Shown: positions 10,458-22,600, counted from the stretch's first letter. The stretch is 64,000 nt of DNA from Opitutales bacterium (GCA_038152055.1 JAYOWQ010000001.1:24813-88812), one strand, 5' to 3'. The notes: generated from the sequence alone by a model not told the origin. Numbers and translations: made by a program.

Positions 10458-11597
10458 ATGAGCGAACCAGAAGAACTTACTGAGTCCGATGCGCTTCAAG
10501 TAGAAGGGCTGCTGGACGTAAATGACAACAAATCGGGCGTACTGCTCGATTCCTCCCGTGGAGGCAAGACCAGTCCCAACGATCCATTTTTACCCAAAGA
10601 ATTGATTCGTCGCTTCAAGCTCAAAAGAGGTTCTTACATAGTTGCCGATGCCGTACGAAACGCCAATCGTACAAGCCCAAAGGTTCGTTACATCCACAGT
10701 ATTGACGGTCTGTCAATCAAGGATCGAAAATCACTCTTTCGTTTTGATCAACTTACGACCATACAACCTCGGGAAAAACTGAACCTCGAGTGCAAGGACG
10801 GTCGCATGACCACTAGGGTGCTCGACCTGTTTTGCCCGATTGGCAAAGGCCAGAGGAGTCTCATCGTCGCCCCGCCTCGTGCCGGCAAGACCACCATTCT
10901 GCATGACATAGCCAAGGGCATTGAGCAAAATCATCCAGATTGTCATTTGATGGTTCTCTTGGTCGATGAACGCCCTGAAGAAGTGACGGATTTCAGACGC
11001 ACCGTGCCAGCGGAAATTTTCGCATCTTCCAATGACGAAGAGGTAAAAAGCCACTTGCGCATGGCTGAACTTGCCATCGAGCGAGCCAAGCGCTTGGTTG
11101 AGAACAAAAGGGACGTGGTTCTGCTGATGGATTCGATTACTCGCCTCTCTCGAGCTTACAATGCAGCCTCCGGAAAAAGTGGACGGACGATGACTGGCGG
11201 TCTTGACGTCCGAGCCTTGGAAAAACCTAGGCAAATCTTTTCATCTGCCAGAAATTCGGAAGAAGCTGGCTCACTGACTATAGTAGCTACGGCACTTGTG
11301 GAAACCGGATCAAAAATGGACGAGTTGATCTTTCAGGAATTCAAGGGTACTGGAAACAGCGAAATCGTACTCGATCGCAAGATTGCCGAGCTCAGGCTTT
11401 GGCCAGCGCTAAATCTTGCTTCTTCCGGAACTCGCAAGGAAGAGGACTTGTTGGAGCCAAAAGTTTTGGAAAAGACTTCCTTCTTGCGCCGTGCGATGTC
11501 CCCGATGAAAGTGATCGATGCTACGGAAACGCTCTTGGAAAGAATGTCCAAAACCAAGAGTAACTCGGATTTCCTTGAGTTGATCCAAACGACCTAA
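10458..11597 (+). CDS. rho: Transcription termination factor Rho (short form)
   Basis: PIGKGQRSLIVAPPRAGKT, DERPEEVTD, LMDSITRLSRAYN, FQEFKGTGNSE, SGTRKEE. Confidence 0.93.
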   Translation: MSEPEELTESDALQVEGLLDVNDNKSGVLLDSSRGGKTSPNDPFLPKELIRRFKLKRGSYIVADAVRNANRTSPKVRYIHSIDGLSIKDRKSLFRFDQLTTIQPREKLNLECKDGRMTTRVLDLFCPIGKGQRSLIVAPPRAGKTTILHDIAKGIEQNHPDCHLMVLLVDERPEEVTDFRRTVPAEIFASSNDEEVKSHLRMAELAIERAKRLVENKRDVVLLMDSITRLSRAYNAASGKSGRTMTGGLDVRALEKPRQIFSSARNSEEAGSLTIVATALVETGSKMDELIFQEFKGTGNSEIVLDRKIAELRLWPALNLASSGTRKEEDLLEPKVLEKTSFLRRAMSPMKVIDATETLLERMSKTKSNSDFLELIQTT

Positions 11598-11599
11598 CG

Positions 11600-11628
11600 T
11601 TGACAAGTTTGTTTTTGGCGGGCATTTT
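11600..11628 (+). promoter_or_regulatory. Possible sigma70 promoter for the 586-aa gene and hisF
   Basis: Perfect TTGACA at 11600-11605, 17-bp spacer, CATTTT at 11623-11628. Confidence 0.35.
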
Positions 11629-11666
11629 TTAGCCTTTTATTTCGTTTCCACGCGACGGTCATTCAT

Positions 11667-13427
11667 ATGCAGAACTTTTCCAACCAATGCCTGGACCTAG
11701 CGAGGTCCTTGTTGGGCAACAACCTTAAATACCTGAACGCAGACGGCACGGTTTCTCCTGCTGACGGAGAATCATCCCGAGTGGACGAGCCAGGACATGC
11801 CGCGCTCGCAATCGGAGAGTTTTTTAGAGCCACTGGCGAAGTGGAACTGGAGGGTCATGATCTGTTCGATCTAACCGCTCGATGCGTCACGCAGCAAGCT
11901 TTCAACGAGGAAGCGCATGAGAACGGACTGGCATATGCATCTCTTGGTTTACTTTCCTTTGGCGCATCCAAGGAGCGCAATGCGGTCTGGGAACGCTTGA
12001 CCGACCCAACTCGGGAGCAACTGGATGAATCCCTGCTCGTACGCAGCGACCATGAGAATCACTTTCAAGTGTTCAACGTGGCCAAATCGGTTGCCCGATT
12101 CAGTTTTGGTCTCACGAAAAAAGACGAAACCGGAAAAATCATCGATCGTTTCGTCAGTCGCATTCAGTCAAACGGTACCGGCGGATTCTGTAACGACAAT
12201 CCCAATGGTACCCATGGAGTGTTCGATATATATGGCATACTTTGCTTTATCTTTATAAGACAAGCCCTTCAACTTCATGCAAACGTACATCTCAAGGATC
12301 GCAAACTTCCAAAGCTTAGAACCTTTGCAGAGAAGTATTTGCGCCTTCTGCCCGACATGACGCGTCAGGATGGCTTGGGCTGGTCTTATGGCAGATCAGT
12401 GGGAGCATATGGACAATTGCATTGCATCAGCCTGATCCTTCAAGGCATGCGTGATCATTGGATAGCGCCTGAAAAGCATTCGCTCTACCTGGACACCTTG
12501 CGTCGCCTTTTTCAGTATTTTTTCGTAACCTATCTGGATCAGGAGAAAGGCGACCTTGTAATTCGCGACGACGAGAGAGACACCGTGCCCGGCCACACTA
12601 CACGCATGGCTAACTTTGACGCCGCTCGCTACCTTTGCCAATGGTCACGACTGGCAAAAATAATTGGAGGTTCGATGGCAGTTCCTGCGCCTGATCGATC
12701 AAAAACAAGTGGTCGTTACGTGTTCTTTGACAAATCACATAGAAAGGAACACGGTCTTTTTCTTTTCCGTGACGAAAATCTGGGGGTTCAATACCAACTT
12801 CCTCTTGTCGGTCCAGGGGAATCCTTGAGCTCGGATAATTTGGCCTTTCCTCATTGTCCAGGAATTTTTGACTGGACGGTCAACAAATATTTACCAGTCA
12901 TGCTGCCTGAACTCACCTTTGGCAAGGATATCATCATTCCTTCCTATTATGGTAAGAATTGCGTGACTGGAATCGGTTTGAAAAAAGCTCTTTACTTAAG
13001 ATTCAATCAACCTGAACTCGTCCGGACAGACGGTTCCTTTGCCAATGGAATCGGAAGTTGCCAGGTGCAATGGACTTTTGCGAATGGAAAGATTTCATCC
13101 GAGTTCGCCTTTCAAGTCAAAAACCCGATTTCCATGGATTCCATGAGGCTGGCCCTCGTTATCGGTTCTCCCCACTCATCACATCGTCTTGGAACCACCT
13201 TGAGACAAGGTCGCGAGGGCTTGAGGGCCCAAGTTGAAGTGGACGACTTTCAGGCAAAGTGGTCTTCCTTCGAGACCGTTAGTGACAACCCCGATTATCG
13301 AGGATATTCAGGTAAGGTTCATTACGTACAATATTTAGTTCGGGATCATCCATTGATCATGCGCCCCGGGCAACAATACAAACTCGTACTTTCCTACCAG
13401 CCAGACGTTGCTTACGCAGACGAATAG
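11667..13427 (+). CDS. Hypothetical protein, possibly DUF2264-like / alpha-toroid lyase-like
   Basis: 586-aa ORF with a helical N-terminal half and beta-rich C-terminal half; DIYG and SYGRS motifs are reminiscent of DUF2264. Confidence 0.6.
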   Translation: MQNFSNQCLDLARSLLGNNLKYLNADGTVSPADGESSRVDEPGHAALAIGEFFRATGEVELEGHDLFDLTARCVTQQAFNEEAHENGLAYASLGLLSFGASKERNAVWERLTDPTREQLDESLLVRSDHENHFQVFNVAKSVARFSFGLTKKDETGKIIDRFVSRIQSNGTGGFCNDNPNGTHGVFDIYGILCFIFIRQALQLHANVHLKDRKLPKLRTFAEKYLRLLPDMTRQDGLGWSYGRSVGAYGQLHCISLILQGMRDHWIAPEKHSLYLDTLRRLFQYFFVTYLDQEKGDLVIRDDERDTVPGHTTRMANFDAARYLCQWSRLAKIIGGSMAVPAPDRSKTSGRYVFFDKSHRKEHGLFLFRDENLGVQYQLPLVGPGESLSSDNLAFPHCPGIFDWTVNKYLPVMLPELTFGKDIIIPSYYGKNCVTGIGLKKALYLRFNQPELVRTDGSFANGIGSCQVQWTFANGKISSEFAFQVKNPISMDSMRLALVIGSPHSSHRLGTTLRQGREGLRAQVEVDDFQAKWSSFETVSDNPDYRGYSGKVHYVQYLVRDHPLIMRPGQQYKLVLSYQPDVAYADE

Positions 13428-13478
13428 AGCCCTCTTTACCCTCCCTTTCATGTACGGGGAATTTCCCTTGTCTTAAAA

Positions 13479-14240
13479 ATGCTCTCCGTACGTGTCATTC
13501 CATGCCTGGACGTCGACGCCGGTAGAGTCGTCAAAGGTGTCAAGTTCAAGGAATTGCGAGATGCCGGAGATCCCGTTGAGATTGCGATGGCCTATGAAAG
13601 GCAAGGTGCGGATGAACTTGTTTTTCTTGATATAACCGCATCCAGCGAGGAAAGGGAAACGATGCGCGACGTAGTCGAGAGAACGGTGGCAACCTGCTTC
13701 ATGCCCGTGACCGTGGGTGGAGGCATTCGCAGACTGGAAGACGTGCGTTCCATGCTTCTGGCCGGAGCTGACAAAGTGAGCATGAACACGGCGGCTATTC
13801 TCAATCCTTCCTTGATAAATCATTCTACGGAGACTTTCGGAAATCAATGCATCGTAGTGGCGATAGACGCAAAGAAAAATGCAAATGGACCTGGATGGCT
13901 GGTTTACACCCATGGCGGCAGAAAGGCTACGGAGCTTGATGCAGTACAATGGGCCCAGGAAGTTGTCAGTCGCGGAGCAGGTGAAATTCTTCTTACCAGC
14001 ATGGATCGAGATGGTACGAAGGAAGGATTTGATATCGAACTCACGCGAACCGTAAGTGAAGCCGTCGAAGTACCTGTAATTGCGTCAGGCGGGGTCGGAA
14101 ACCCGACCCATATGATCGATGGGGTGATTTCGGGGCAAGCAAGCGCCATCCTTGCCGCAAGTATATTTCATTTTGGAGAATATACCATTGCCGAATCCAA
14201 GCATGCGATGCAACAGGCCGGGATTCCCGTTCGTTTATAG
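13479..14240 (+). CDS. hisF: Imidazole glycerol phosphate synthase subunit HisF
   Basis: [54 protein letters not shown]. Confidence 0.97.
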   Translation: MLSVRVIPCLDVDAGRVVKGVKFKELRDAGDPVEIAMAYERQGADELVFLDITASSEERETMRDVVERTVATCFMPVTVGGGIRRLEDVRSMLLAGADKVSMNTAAILNPSLINHSTETFGNQCIVVAIDAKKNANGPGWLVYTHGGRKATELDAVQWAQEVVSRGAGEILLTSMDRDGTKEGFDIELTRTVSEAVEVPVIASGGVGNPTHMIDGVISGQASAILAASIFHFGEYTIAESKHAMQQAGIPVRL

Positions 14241-14385
14241 TTGCCAGAGCAATCTATTAATTCTTTCCGCAAACAATCTTTGCATATAGTAAATCTACTC
14301 TGCCAGCCTTCTCATACAGATTCGCTTTCTTGCTCCATCATTCTATTGATGAGATAATATATATCCTTGTCTCTTTAGTTGGGCG

Positions 14386-15492
14386 CTAACGGATGGTTTG
14401 CTCGAAGTCCTCGATATATCTTGCAGCCACCGGTTCCAACTCATAAGAACGGGTCGTCATTTTAGCCGCCATGCTCAAAGCATGAAGATTTTTGCAAGAC
14501 AACACCTTGTTGAGTCCTAGCGAAACTCCATTCTCGATAGGTGTTTCGTCCAAGTCGAAGAAGAATCCGTTTCTATCTTCTTCGACAAAATCTTCAAAGC
14601 ACGGAAGAGAAGACACCAGAGGCACGCAACCTGCCGACATCGCTTCGAGCACGGCAAGGCCGAAAGTCTCTCCGCGAACTGCCAAGGATGGATAGGCAAA
14701 TATGCGAGCCTTTTCGTATTCCTTCCTTAGTAGTCCGTCATCAAATATTGGTTCATGAATCTCTATGGAAGAATCGGCTTTTTTTATTATTTCATCTCGA
14801 AATCGAGCGCCTCCCCCTCCCTGCTCTTCTCGCCAAGGTCCGACTATTCTTAGCTTCCAGCCATTTTTACACTCCTGAGGGAGCGTCCGCCATGCTTGCA
14901 CTAATTCAAGAATTCCCTTTTCAGGATGAATTCGCCCAGCATAAAGAACACGCTTTTTACGTTCTTCAATCGGTTTTGCATCACAGGTGCGCCCCGACAA
15001 AGGATATGGCAAGGTAGTGACACGGCTTTTGCCATCCGGCAGCTCAACCCTCGCTGCATCTGCGATCGCAGTGCTTGGAGCCTGCAATCGAGAGGCCTTT
15101 CCATAAAGACGGAGTTGGCCTTTGGGATAACGTCCAAGATGCACGTAAATTCTTCCGTACTTTTGGCGGGGCAAGAGTAGGGGTCCCCAAAAGGTATGAT
15201 TTACCAGGATATCGGCGACGGAAAGAACCCTGCGTGCACGTAACACGTACGGCAACTCCAAAGCCTTCAAGAGATATGGATTCTTCACTGCGTCCGTACC
15301 AGGCACCCGCACATGCCGTACGCCATCCATTGATTCCGCTCTTTCCAATCCATCGCATAATCGGGAAACATGTGTCACCTGGTGACCATTTGCCGCAAAG
15401 GAACGCCCAAGGGCATGCCATGCTTTTTCTATGGCGCCCCCTCTAATTGCCGGAACGGGAAGAAAGGCCCCTTGCAAGATATTGATTCTCAT
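14386..15492 (-). CDS. GT4-family glycosyltransferase
   Basis: GGAIE, YAGRIHPEKG, ETFGLAVLEAMSAG (EX7E motif). ATG at 15492. Confidence 0.9.
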   Translation of the reverse strand: MRINILQGAFLPVPAIRGGAIEKAWHALGRSFAANGHQVTHVSRLCDGLERAESMDGVRHVRVPGTDAVKNPYLLKALELPYVLRARRVLSVADILVNHTFWGPLLLPRQKYGRIYVHLGRYPKGQLRLYGKASRLQAPSTAIADAARVELPDGKSRVTTLPYPLSGRTCDAKPIEERKKRVLYAGRIHPEKGILELVQAWRTLPQECKNGWKLRIVGPWREEQGGGGARFRDEIIKKADSSIEIHEPIFDDGLLRKEYEKARIFAYPSLAVRGETFGLAVLEAMSAGCVPLVSSLPCFEDFVEEDRNGFFFDLDETPIENGVSLGLNKVLSCKNLHALSMAAKMTTRSYELEPVAARYIEDFEQTIR

Positions 15493-15550
15493 GCTCAACC
15501 CTCAGGGGCGCAATTCTGTTTCGCCAAAGGCAAAGACTTGGCGTTCGGCC

Positions 15551-16582
15551 TTATGCCTCGCAAGCCAGTTGATGGATTCGTAGTGCCGCATTCTTAACGT
15601 GCAAATGATCAATAAAACAAGCGCGAGCCGCTCCACTCATGTCGGCATTCAGGCCGTTAACCCATTTTTTCAAGAGGCTCGAAATCCCTTGCTGGTCATC
15701 TCTCGCCACAAGTCCGGCACCCATATCCAGTACCTCCCGCCACAAGTTCACTTTGTCCGTCAGTAAGACGGGCGTTCCAACAGCGCAGGCTTCCGCAATC
15801 ACCATTCCATAATTTTCCTGATGGGAAGGCAGTATCAACGCATCCGCATAATGGAGAGCCCCCCATTTAAGATCGGCCTCGAGCATATCAGTCCAATAAA
15901 TGGAATAAGTCTTGGATGAGAGTTTTCTTAATTTTCTCAAATAAGCGGAATCTTTCCCCACGGGTCCACCTAAAACCAAGGCCAGATTCCCGGAAGACCC
16001 AACTCGCTTCTTCCAGGCATCGATCAAAAGATCGACCCCTTTCTTCCGATGGAAACGCCCAAGGTACAAAAGAATGCGCTTCTCCCGCAATTCAGGGAAT
16101 CTTTGCAAAAATGCACGGACTTGCTCCTCGGGATCTCCTGTCGGATCTGCCACGCCAAGACCCGTAACCACTTCCCTGCATCTATATGGGAGAAATGTGT
16201 TTTTGGCCAATCGCTTCTCCTCTTCAGTGGTAAAGCAGACTGCTCGAGCATTTTGCAATATGGCTGATTGCTTGTACCACCAATAAATCTGTTTTTTTAA
16301 ATGCTTTAGAGGAAAAGATTTCTTAAACCATGGATCGAGCATCCCATGAGGAAAAACGACATATGGAGTGCCTTGACTGAGAAATTTATCTAAGGCAAAC
16401 TCGCCCGGCCACTGCCACAACCCATGCGCGATCAAAAGGTTGTTTGCATTATCGCATTGCATGCGAGCGAATCTTTTATTTTCCAAAACCTCGGAATCCA
16501 TCCCTAGTCGCAAAAACTCATCGTGCAGGTTTTGGACGCAAGATGCTACCCCGCCAAGCTCGGGGTTCATTTTATGAATCAA
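15551..16582 (-). CDS. GT4-family glycosyltransferase (start codon uncertain)
   Basis: PELGG, HGLWQ, PHGMLDPW, YLGRFHRKKG, ENYGMVIAEA. Confidence 0.9.
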   Translation of the reverse strand: MIHKMNPELGGVASCVQNLHDEFLRLGMDSEVLENKRFARMQCDNANNLLIAHGLWQWPGEFALDKFLSQGTPYVVFPHGMLDPWFKKSFPLKHLKKQIYWWYKQSAILQNARAVCFTTEEEKRLAKNTFLPYRCREVVTGLGVADPTGDPEEQVRAFLQRFPELREKRILLYLGRFHRKKGVDLLIDAWKKRVGSSGNLALVLGGPVGKDSAYLRKLRKLSSKTYSIYWTDMLEADLKWGALHYADALILPSHQENYGMVIAEACAVGTPVLLTDKVNLWREVLDMGAGLVARDDQQGISSLLKKWVNGLNADMSGAARACFIDHLHVKNAALRIHQLACEA

Positions 16583-16612
16583 ATGCTTCAGACGTCGTTC
16601 GTTTCTAAAAAT

Positions 16613-19600
16613 CTACAACTTGGACCATTTTCCAAATTTGTAGGAATAATAGTAAACGCCATCTCTTGCTTTCGATCGATTTCTGCGATTTGTTTTTGAA
16701 TTAACGTCAAAGTAAATCCAATTATCCTGACTGGCGCTAAAAGTATGAGGGTAAGCTTTATTTGAGAACCAGAGCCATCCGAGACCCTCCTTGTAAACCC
16801 AGAAACTTTTGTGACTGGTTCCTGTTGCATAGAGCCAGCCAAGATCGGAGTGGTAAATCCACGGGAAGCTGAGATCACTAATATAACCCAACCACGGAAC
16901 CTCTTTCCAGCCAATTGAATTAGCCAACCTACGAGCATTCCTATCGGTAAACAAATAGTTGTATCGGTTCGTGTAATTAGGATGGCTCAAAATTAGTTCG
17001 ATAATTTCTATTTTGGAGAGACCCGAATAGTCGGATAAGGATTCATCTGTCATTGGGTAACTTCCTCCTTCCTTCCAAAATGAAAATATATAGGCCATTA
17101 CTAAGTATTCCTTGTCCCTTTTTGCGCGGGTTCCCAAAATGTATGGCTCTCTTCCGAAATACTTTTCTTCCTTCACTAATCTTGAAATTAACTCCAGTGC
17201 AAGTTCTCCAGATTCTATGCCCGGAATGGGTACGTCGTCCATCCGTCCTCCGGTTCCAGTGTCATTCGCACTGCCACCTGAAGATATCTCCCAATAATTA
17301 GGCATCTTGGATTTCCAAAAGTTAAGCAGCCTAAGCGAACCTTGATTGGCCTGGAAGAAGGTTGCGCTTCCGTATTTGTTAATCAGGCACTGCTTGACAA
17401 AGTTTTCTCGGTTTTTTGCATAGTTTTCTATCAAGCGATTACCGTAAGAACCAACCAAATCTGGGACTTCGGGAAACTTGGACATGTAATCATTTCCGGT
17501 CAACACAAAGTCTATGTATCTCTTTAGCCAAGGAAAGGAATTATCGTAAGTTACGCTAATCAGTCCAGTTACAGGATTGGTAAAAGCCGTATTGGCAACT
17601 TCCGGTGGCAGGGAACTCAATTCCGCTGGAGTGACCTGTCTGGTTATGGTGCTTCCCGCCACGTCTCCATTTAGTACGAATTCGTCATAATCCGCTACAA
17701 AGTCGTTGAAACTGTTGTGATAGTTGCCAAGCGAAATGTTGTATGCTCCAACGATATCAATCTTGTTGGAAAATTCTATCAAGTTACTTTGATCGGCAAT
17801 CCATTCATGGAAATTTTCGCTTCCAGATGAAAGAGAGTTAACCAAACCGACCGAAACCGATTGCCCCGTCAGATCTTCCAATATGGATGCCGGGTTTTGG
17901 CTGCCACCAATAATAATTATACTTTCTGGGTTTTTTGATTTCGCCGTGGCGGCAGGGTCGGTCAGGACAGCTATTGCTGAAACTTCGGCCAAGCTCTGAA
18001 CGACAGGAAAAGAAGAAATGAATGTTCCAAATTTTGAATCCAGCGTGATCGTACTTGAGTAAGTGATGGACTCCAAAAGTCCACCAGGGGTAAACTGACT
18101 GTTCTGACGAATAGCTCCTGTCATCGGTTCGCCATTTATAATAAAGTTGATACTGCTTACCTTCCGAAGAACTTCGTCAATACCCGTAAGTTTCGCCTCT
18201 ATCGTTATTTGAGAGTTCTCATAAAAGGACTTGATTCCGTCGCTCGATTTTATGCCATTTGGTAAACTGAGCGAAACTTCAGGTAACTCAACGGCTGTGG
18301 AAATTGGTCCACTTCTTTCTAGGACAATAGCCTCCATCTCGTAGATCACTCCAGGTTCATCAGTGCTATTGTTGTAATCCGGATATCCAATGACTTGTAA
18401 CAGCCATGACGGATCGGTTCCCTCAAGCTTAAAATCGGCATAGAAAGGTGGATCGCCGCTAAAATCACTGACGGTTTTTCCATTAAGCAGAAACTTAACT
18501 TGTCGAAGCGACTTTTCCAGACCGTCATTATCAAAGAATGTGGCTCTGGCGCTAAGACTGGATCCTCTGGCCAAAGGCTCTCCGTACATCGCCATGGTAG
18601 GGAAAATCTCCAAGCTTCCATTAAAATCCGAATCAACGGTTCTGACCGGCAACTGGTCGGAATGTTCCACAATAATTACAGAATGATTAGTCATCATTTT
18701 CCCGCCCCATCTATCTTCCACCACTCCATGAATCACGTATATTCCTCCCAAATGCGGAATCCATGATCCCACGAAGGATCCAGTTTCAGTACTGGGCAGA
18801 GTAGGCAGTGGATTTACATAAACACTTTCAGGGGCACTGGATTGGATTTCGATCGCATTTGAGTCCGTGCGAAGAAAAATCGTCCGATAAAGGTCATCTC
18901 TTTCATTCGAGTAAAAATTTTCAGGGAAAAAACATTTGTAAAGGCCATCAATCGGCTGGATGGCTTGCTGGTATTGAATATATTCATATAAATTTTTTGC
19001 GGTTTGCTCCAGCGAACTTGCAATTTCAATTTTGCCAGGCCCAAAGACACATTCAAGTGCAGGCTCGGCTTGACCAACAGGTGTAAAGGTTATGGAATCA
19101 CCCGCTGTGGGAGATTGCTTGAACTGGAGCAAAACGTTTCCTCCGTTTGCAAGAAATTGACAGCTCAAGTCCTGCTCCGAGCCATCGATGTCTGAAGCAT
19201 TTGCCAAAAGATTGATTTCTTGGTGAGCCCGAGCGGTTAGTCCTGATGCGGGAAGTTCGAGAGACCCGCGTGGGGGTGCGTTTATACCAAACCCTGAGCT
19301 CGTTGCAAAAAACGATTCTTCGGTAGCCCTTTTATTGCCAACATATCGGACAAGATCGTAAATTTTTCCATTAAGAGGAAGACCGCCTACGACCTTTTCT
19401 ATACTCGGCAAGTGAGTTATGAGTTCCTCTACTGCGAATGCCCCGTAATCTGAAGCGTTATAATCCGTGACCGCCTTGATTCCGGATAGATCCGTGACGA
19501 CCGCGCTAAGCATGAAACTATTCATGTTGCTCGGAGAAAAGGACCCGGTGTAGATGTGCATGTCTCCAATGGAAATTTCTGGGATCGTCTTTTTATCGAT

Positions 19601-22600
19601 GACTACTCCGTCTACAATAAATTCAACCGATTGTATCGGACGTGTTCTTTCACGAACCTGAACACTAAAGGAAATCGTTGAGCCAATCGTGTATTGATCG
19701 AGAGATGAAATTGGAGAAATCATTTGAATTTCCGGAGGAACCTGCATCGTCGAAACAATCTCCAGGGGAATTCCACTGGAGCGGTAGTAATTGCCTTCTT
19801 CGTCGACAGCTCCTACGTTGAAGTTGTATTTCCCCGGAGTGACGCTAATTCCATTCAAGTCCACATACCATTGCAAGGAACCTTGTCTTCGGGAAGCTCT
19901 GCCAATAAGCATTTGGTTGGCATATAGATTAACTTCGGGAAGATCCGCCACGTCAACGCCGGTCCCATCTTCATCAAAGGCGCTTATGTAAATGGGAAAG
20001 CGGCTGCTCGTGCCTATTGATTCATATAATTCATTCAATTCGATATTAGGATTTTCGCTTCCCGATAACTCCGGGTAGGTAATTTGGGCAGACGGTGGAA
20101 CGCCCTTGGTCGCGGCTACAGTCACTTTCTTGGCCAAGGAGACGTCAATGTTGTTAAACTTATCCCTTGTTACCACATGCAATTCAAACTCTCCGGTGCT
20201 GAACTGCTTGGAAGTTTCAAAAGGCGGATTTAGGAATTTGTCCTTTTCGTCCGAGATATCATCGTTGTTTAAATCGACGATTTCCCCGTTCACCAAAATG
20301 TACACCTCCCTGTAGTTGTCGGCATCCATGGGGAGTTCCACCTTTAGTGGGACGGACATAATGTCATGCCCCCCAATAAAGGCCATTCTGCTGGCAATAC
20401 TGGTGCTGTAACCCGCATAATATGCTTCGTAAGCAGACCCCCTTTCAATGAAATCAACCCCGATTACAGATCCGTACAGGGGCGAAAAAGGATCGGTATC
20501 TATCAGAGCGACTGCTTTTGCGCCTGTGCCCGATCCATAGAATCTGACTTCCGGCGGTCTGACGTACCCCGTTCCAAAATCTGTGATCTCGTATCCGACA
20601 ATCGCTCCAAGCATGTCAAGCTCGGGCGCCATCCCAACAACGGAAGTAATATGAGCCTTGGCATCTCGCACTTCTTTTGTGCTCGTGCGTATGATGTAAT
20701 CATCCACGTCAGGATCACTGTCCGGCAGGAATAATTCTATTTCTTCACTATTGACGACCGGTTGTTGCGAGGACTTGTTTTCCGTTACAAGAATCGTTAC
20801 GGGCGCGCTTATGCTAATCTCGTCGTTGTTGTCGTATGCAGCTACGGATATCGAGAAGACGCCCTTTCGGGGAGGTTGCCAAATTATACTGGAAGATTGC
20901 GGTCCTTGCGCGGCCGCTTCAATTTGATTCACGGTGATAAGATTTCCGTTTTCAAGAAAGGCCATCTTTTCTATGATTCCGTCCGTGTCGCTTCCAGTAG
21001 CTGCGATGACAATTCTTGAATCCGAGGTCACGGTAAAATTATTCAACGGGAAAGTAATTTCAACAAATGGTGGCAATTTCTTCATATTGACTTGCTTCAC
21101 GTTGATTTTGTAATCGAGTGATGCAGCTTTGATTAACTCGCCATTCTCGTTTTCCTCAAAAACCGGCAGAGGTATAATTCCTCCGCTTGAACCAATGGCA
21201 TCGAAAGTAATGGAGTATCCACCAGGCGTAATGTTTTGCCAATTTAGGTAATGTCTATCGTAAATCAAGGCATTCGTCTGTCTAAGATTGTTCGCATTCT
21301 CTTCGGCAGATCGATTTTCATCCGAAAGATCAATTTCATCGACAACGGTTCCGTTAGCCATCATCCTTAAACCTTTGATCCTTCCGAAACGGTCAACTAC
21401 GTCAACAACCGCCATGTAATTGGATCCCTCGTACAAAGAAGCGTTTAAGTCATCAAGCATGTCGGGTGGATATACAAACTGGATATAAAGACTATCCTTT
21501 TCTCGAGCCGCTGGCGGCAATATGCTTAGCTTTTTATTTTGCCTTGAGGGCACGTTGGTCTGGGATCTCCTAAAGGTTCCTGCTTGATTGCCCAGAATGT
21601 CCCTGGCAATCACAGATATTTGGTGCTCGCCCTGCTGGAGATTGAGGGCGCTCAATTCAACGGCCGTATAATAGGTGGCGCTTTCGGAAGATCTATTGCC
21701 ATCACCTACCCAAACGTCATCAATGAAAAACTCAACTCCCGCAACACCAGCCGCAGAGGTAGCTTCGGCAAAAAGCATCAAGGTACCGTCTGCTTCAATC
21801 GATATGTCCGTTTCACCCAGAAAGTTCAGACTGATTCCACTGTTTTGGTAGTTCGTGACGTTGTAGATTGAAGACTTGGTGGAAATTATATTGCCCGAAT
21901 GATCTTCCACAATGGCGGAAACTATATAATCGCCGATACCAGCATTGGGGGCGAAGGAAAAGCTGAATGGGGGCTCCGTCTTTACATTATCCAAAGTCTG
22001 CCCGTTGACCACAAGTTGAACGGATTTGATTTTTTCCCCGGAAGAATTGGCTTCTACTGAAAAATAAAGCGGGGATTGTGCAAATCCACCGACTACCGAG
22101 GCGCTCAGAACAGGTTCGTTGATGTTCATCTTTACGTCGATCGAACCAAAGTCCGAGACACTCGAGGTTGATCCTTGAGGGGGCGCAAGTGGAAGTAACT
22201 CGGGTACGTTGGAAAATTTGTAGTTTGGAAAGAATTCCAGTCTTGGGGATATGGCATAGCCACTTCCCACCTTGGAAGAACCGTCCACGTTCTTCTTGAA
22301 TCTTACAAATCCGTCCAAATCCGTTTGGTTTTCATCTCCGGGAGGAACGATGAAAAACTCCACCTCTGCAGGAACGCCTACGTTAATTGCCCGAATTATG
22401 GGCACTATGCTCAAAATTGTGGAATTCTCCTCCCAACCAATGCCCCCGGACACAAGCTCGAGGGCGGTGATCATACCGAAATTATCGGATGAAGCGTTGT
22501 CTTCAATAACGGGTAGTATCTCGGCTCCGCTACCTTTTCCTGAAACATCCACCCGTGCGGCAAAAATATTTTCACCAAGTGGAGAGGTGAGCATTTCAAT

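Noticed and set aside
14241-14385. Convergent intergenic region as ncRNA or terminator
   Set aside because: No convincing GC-rich hairpin with a U-tract or recognisable RNA motif.
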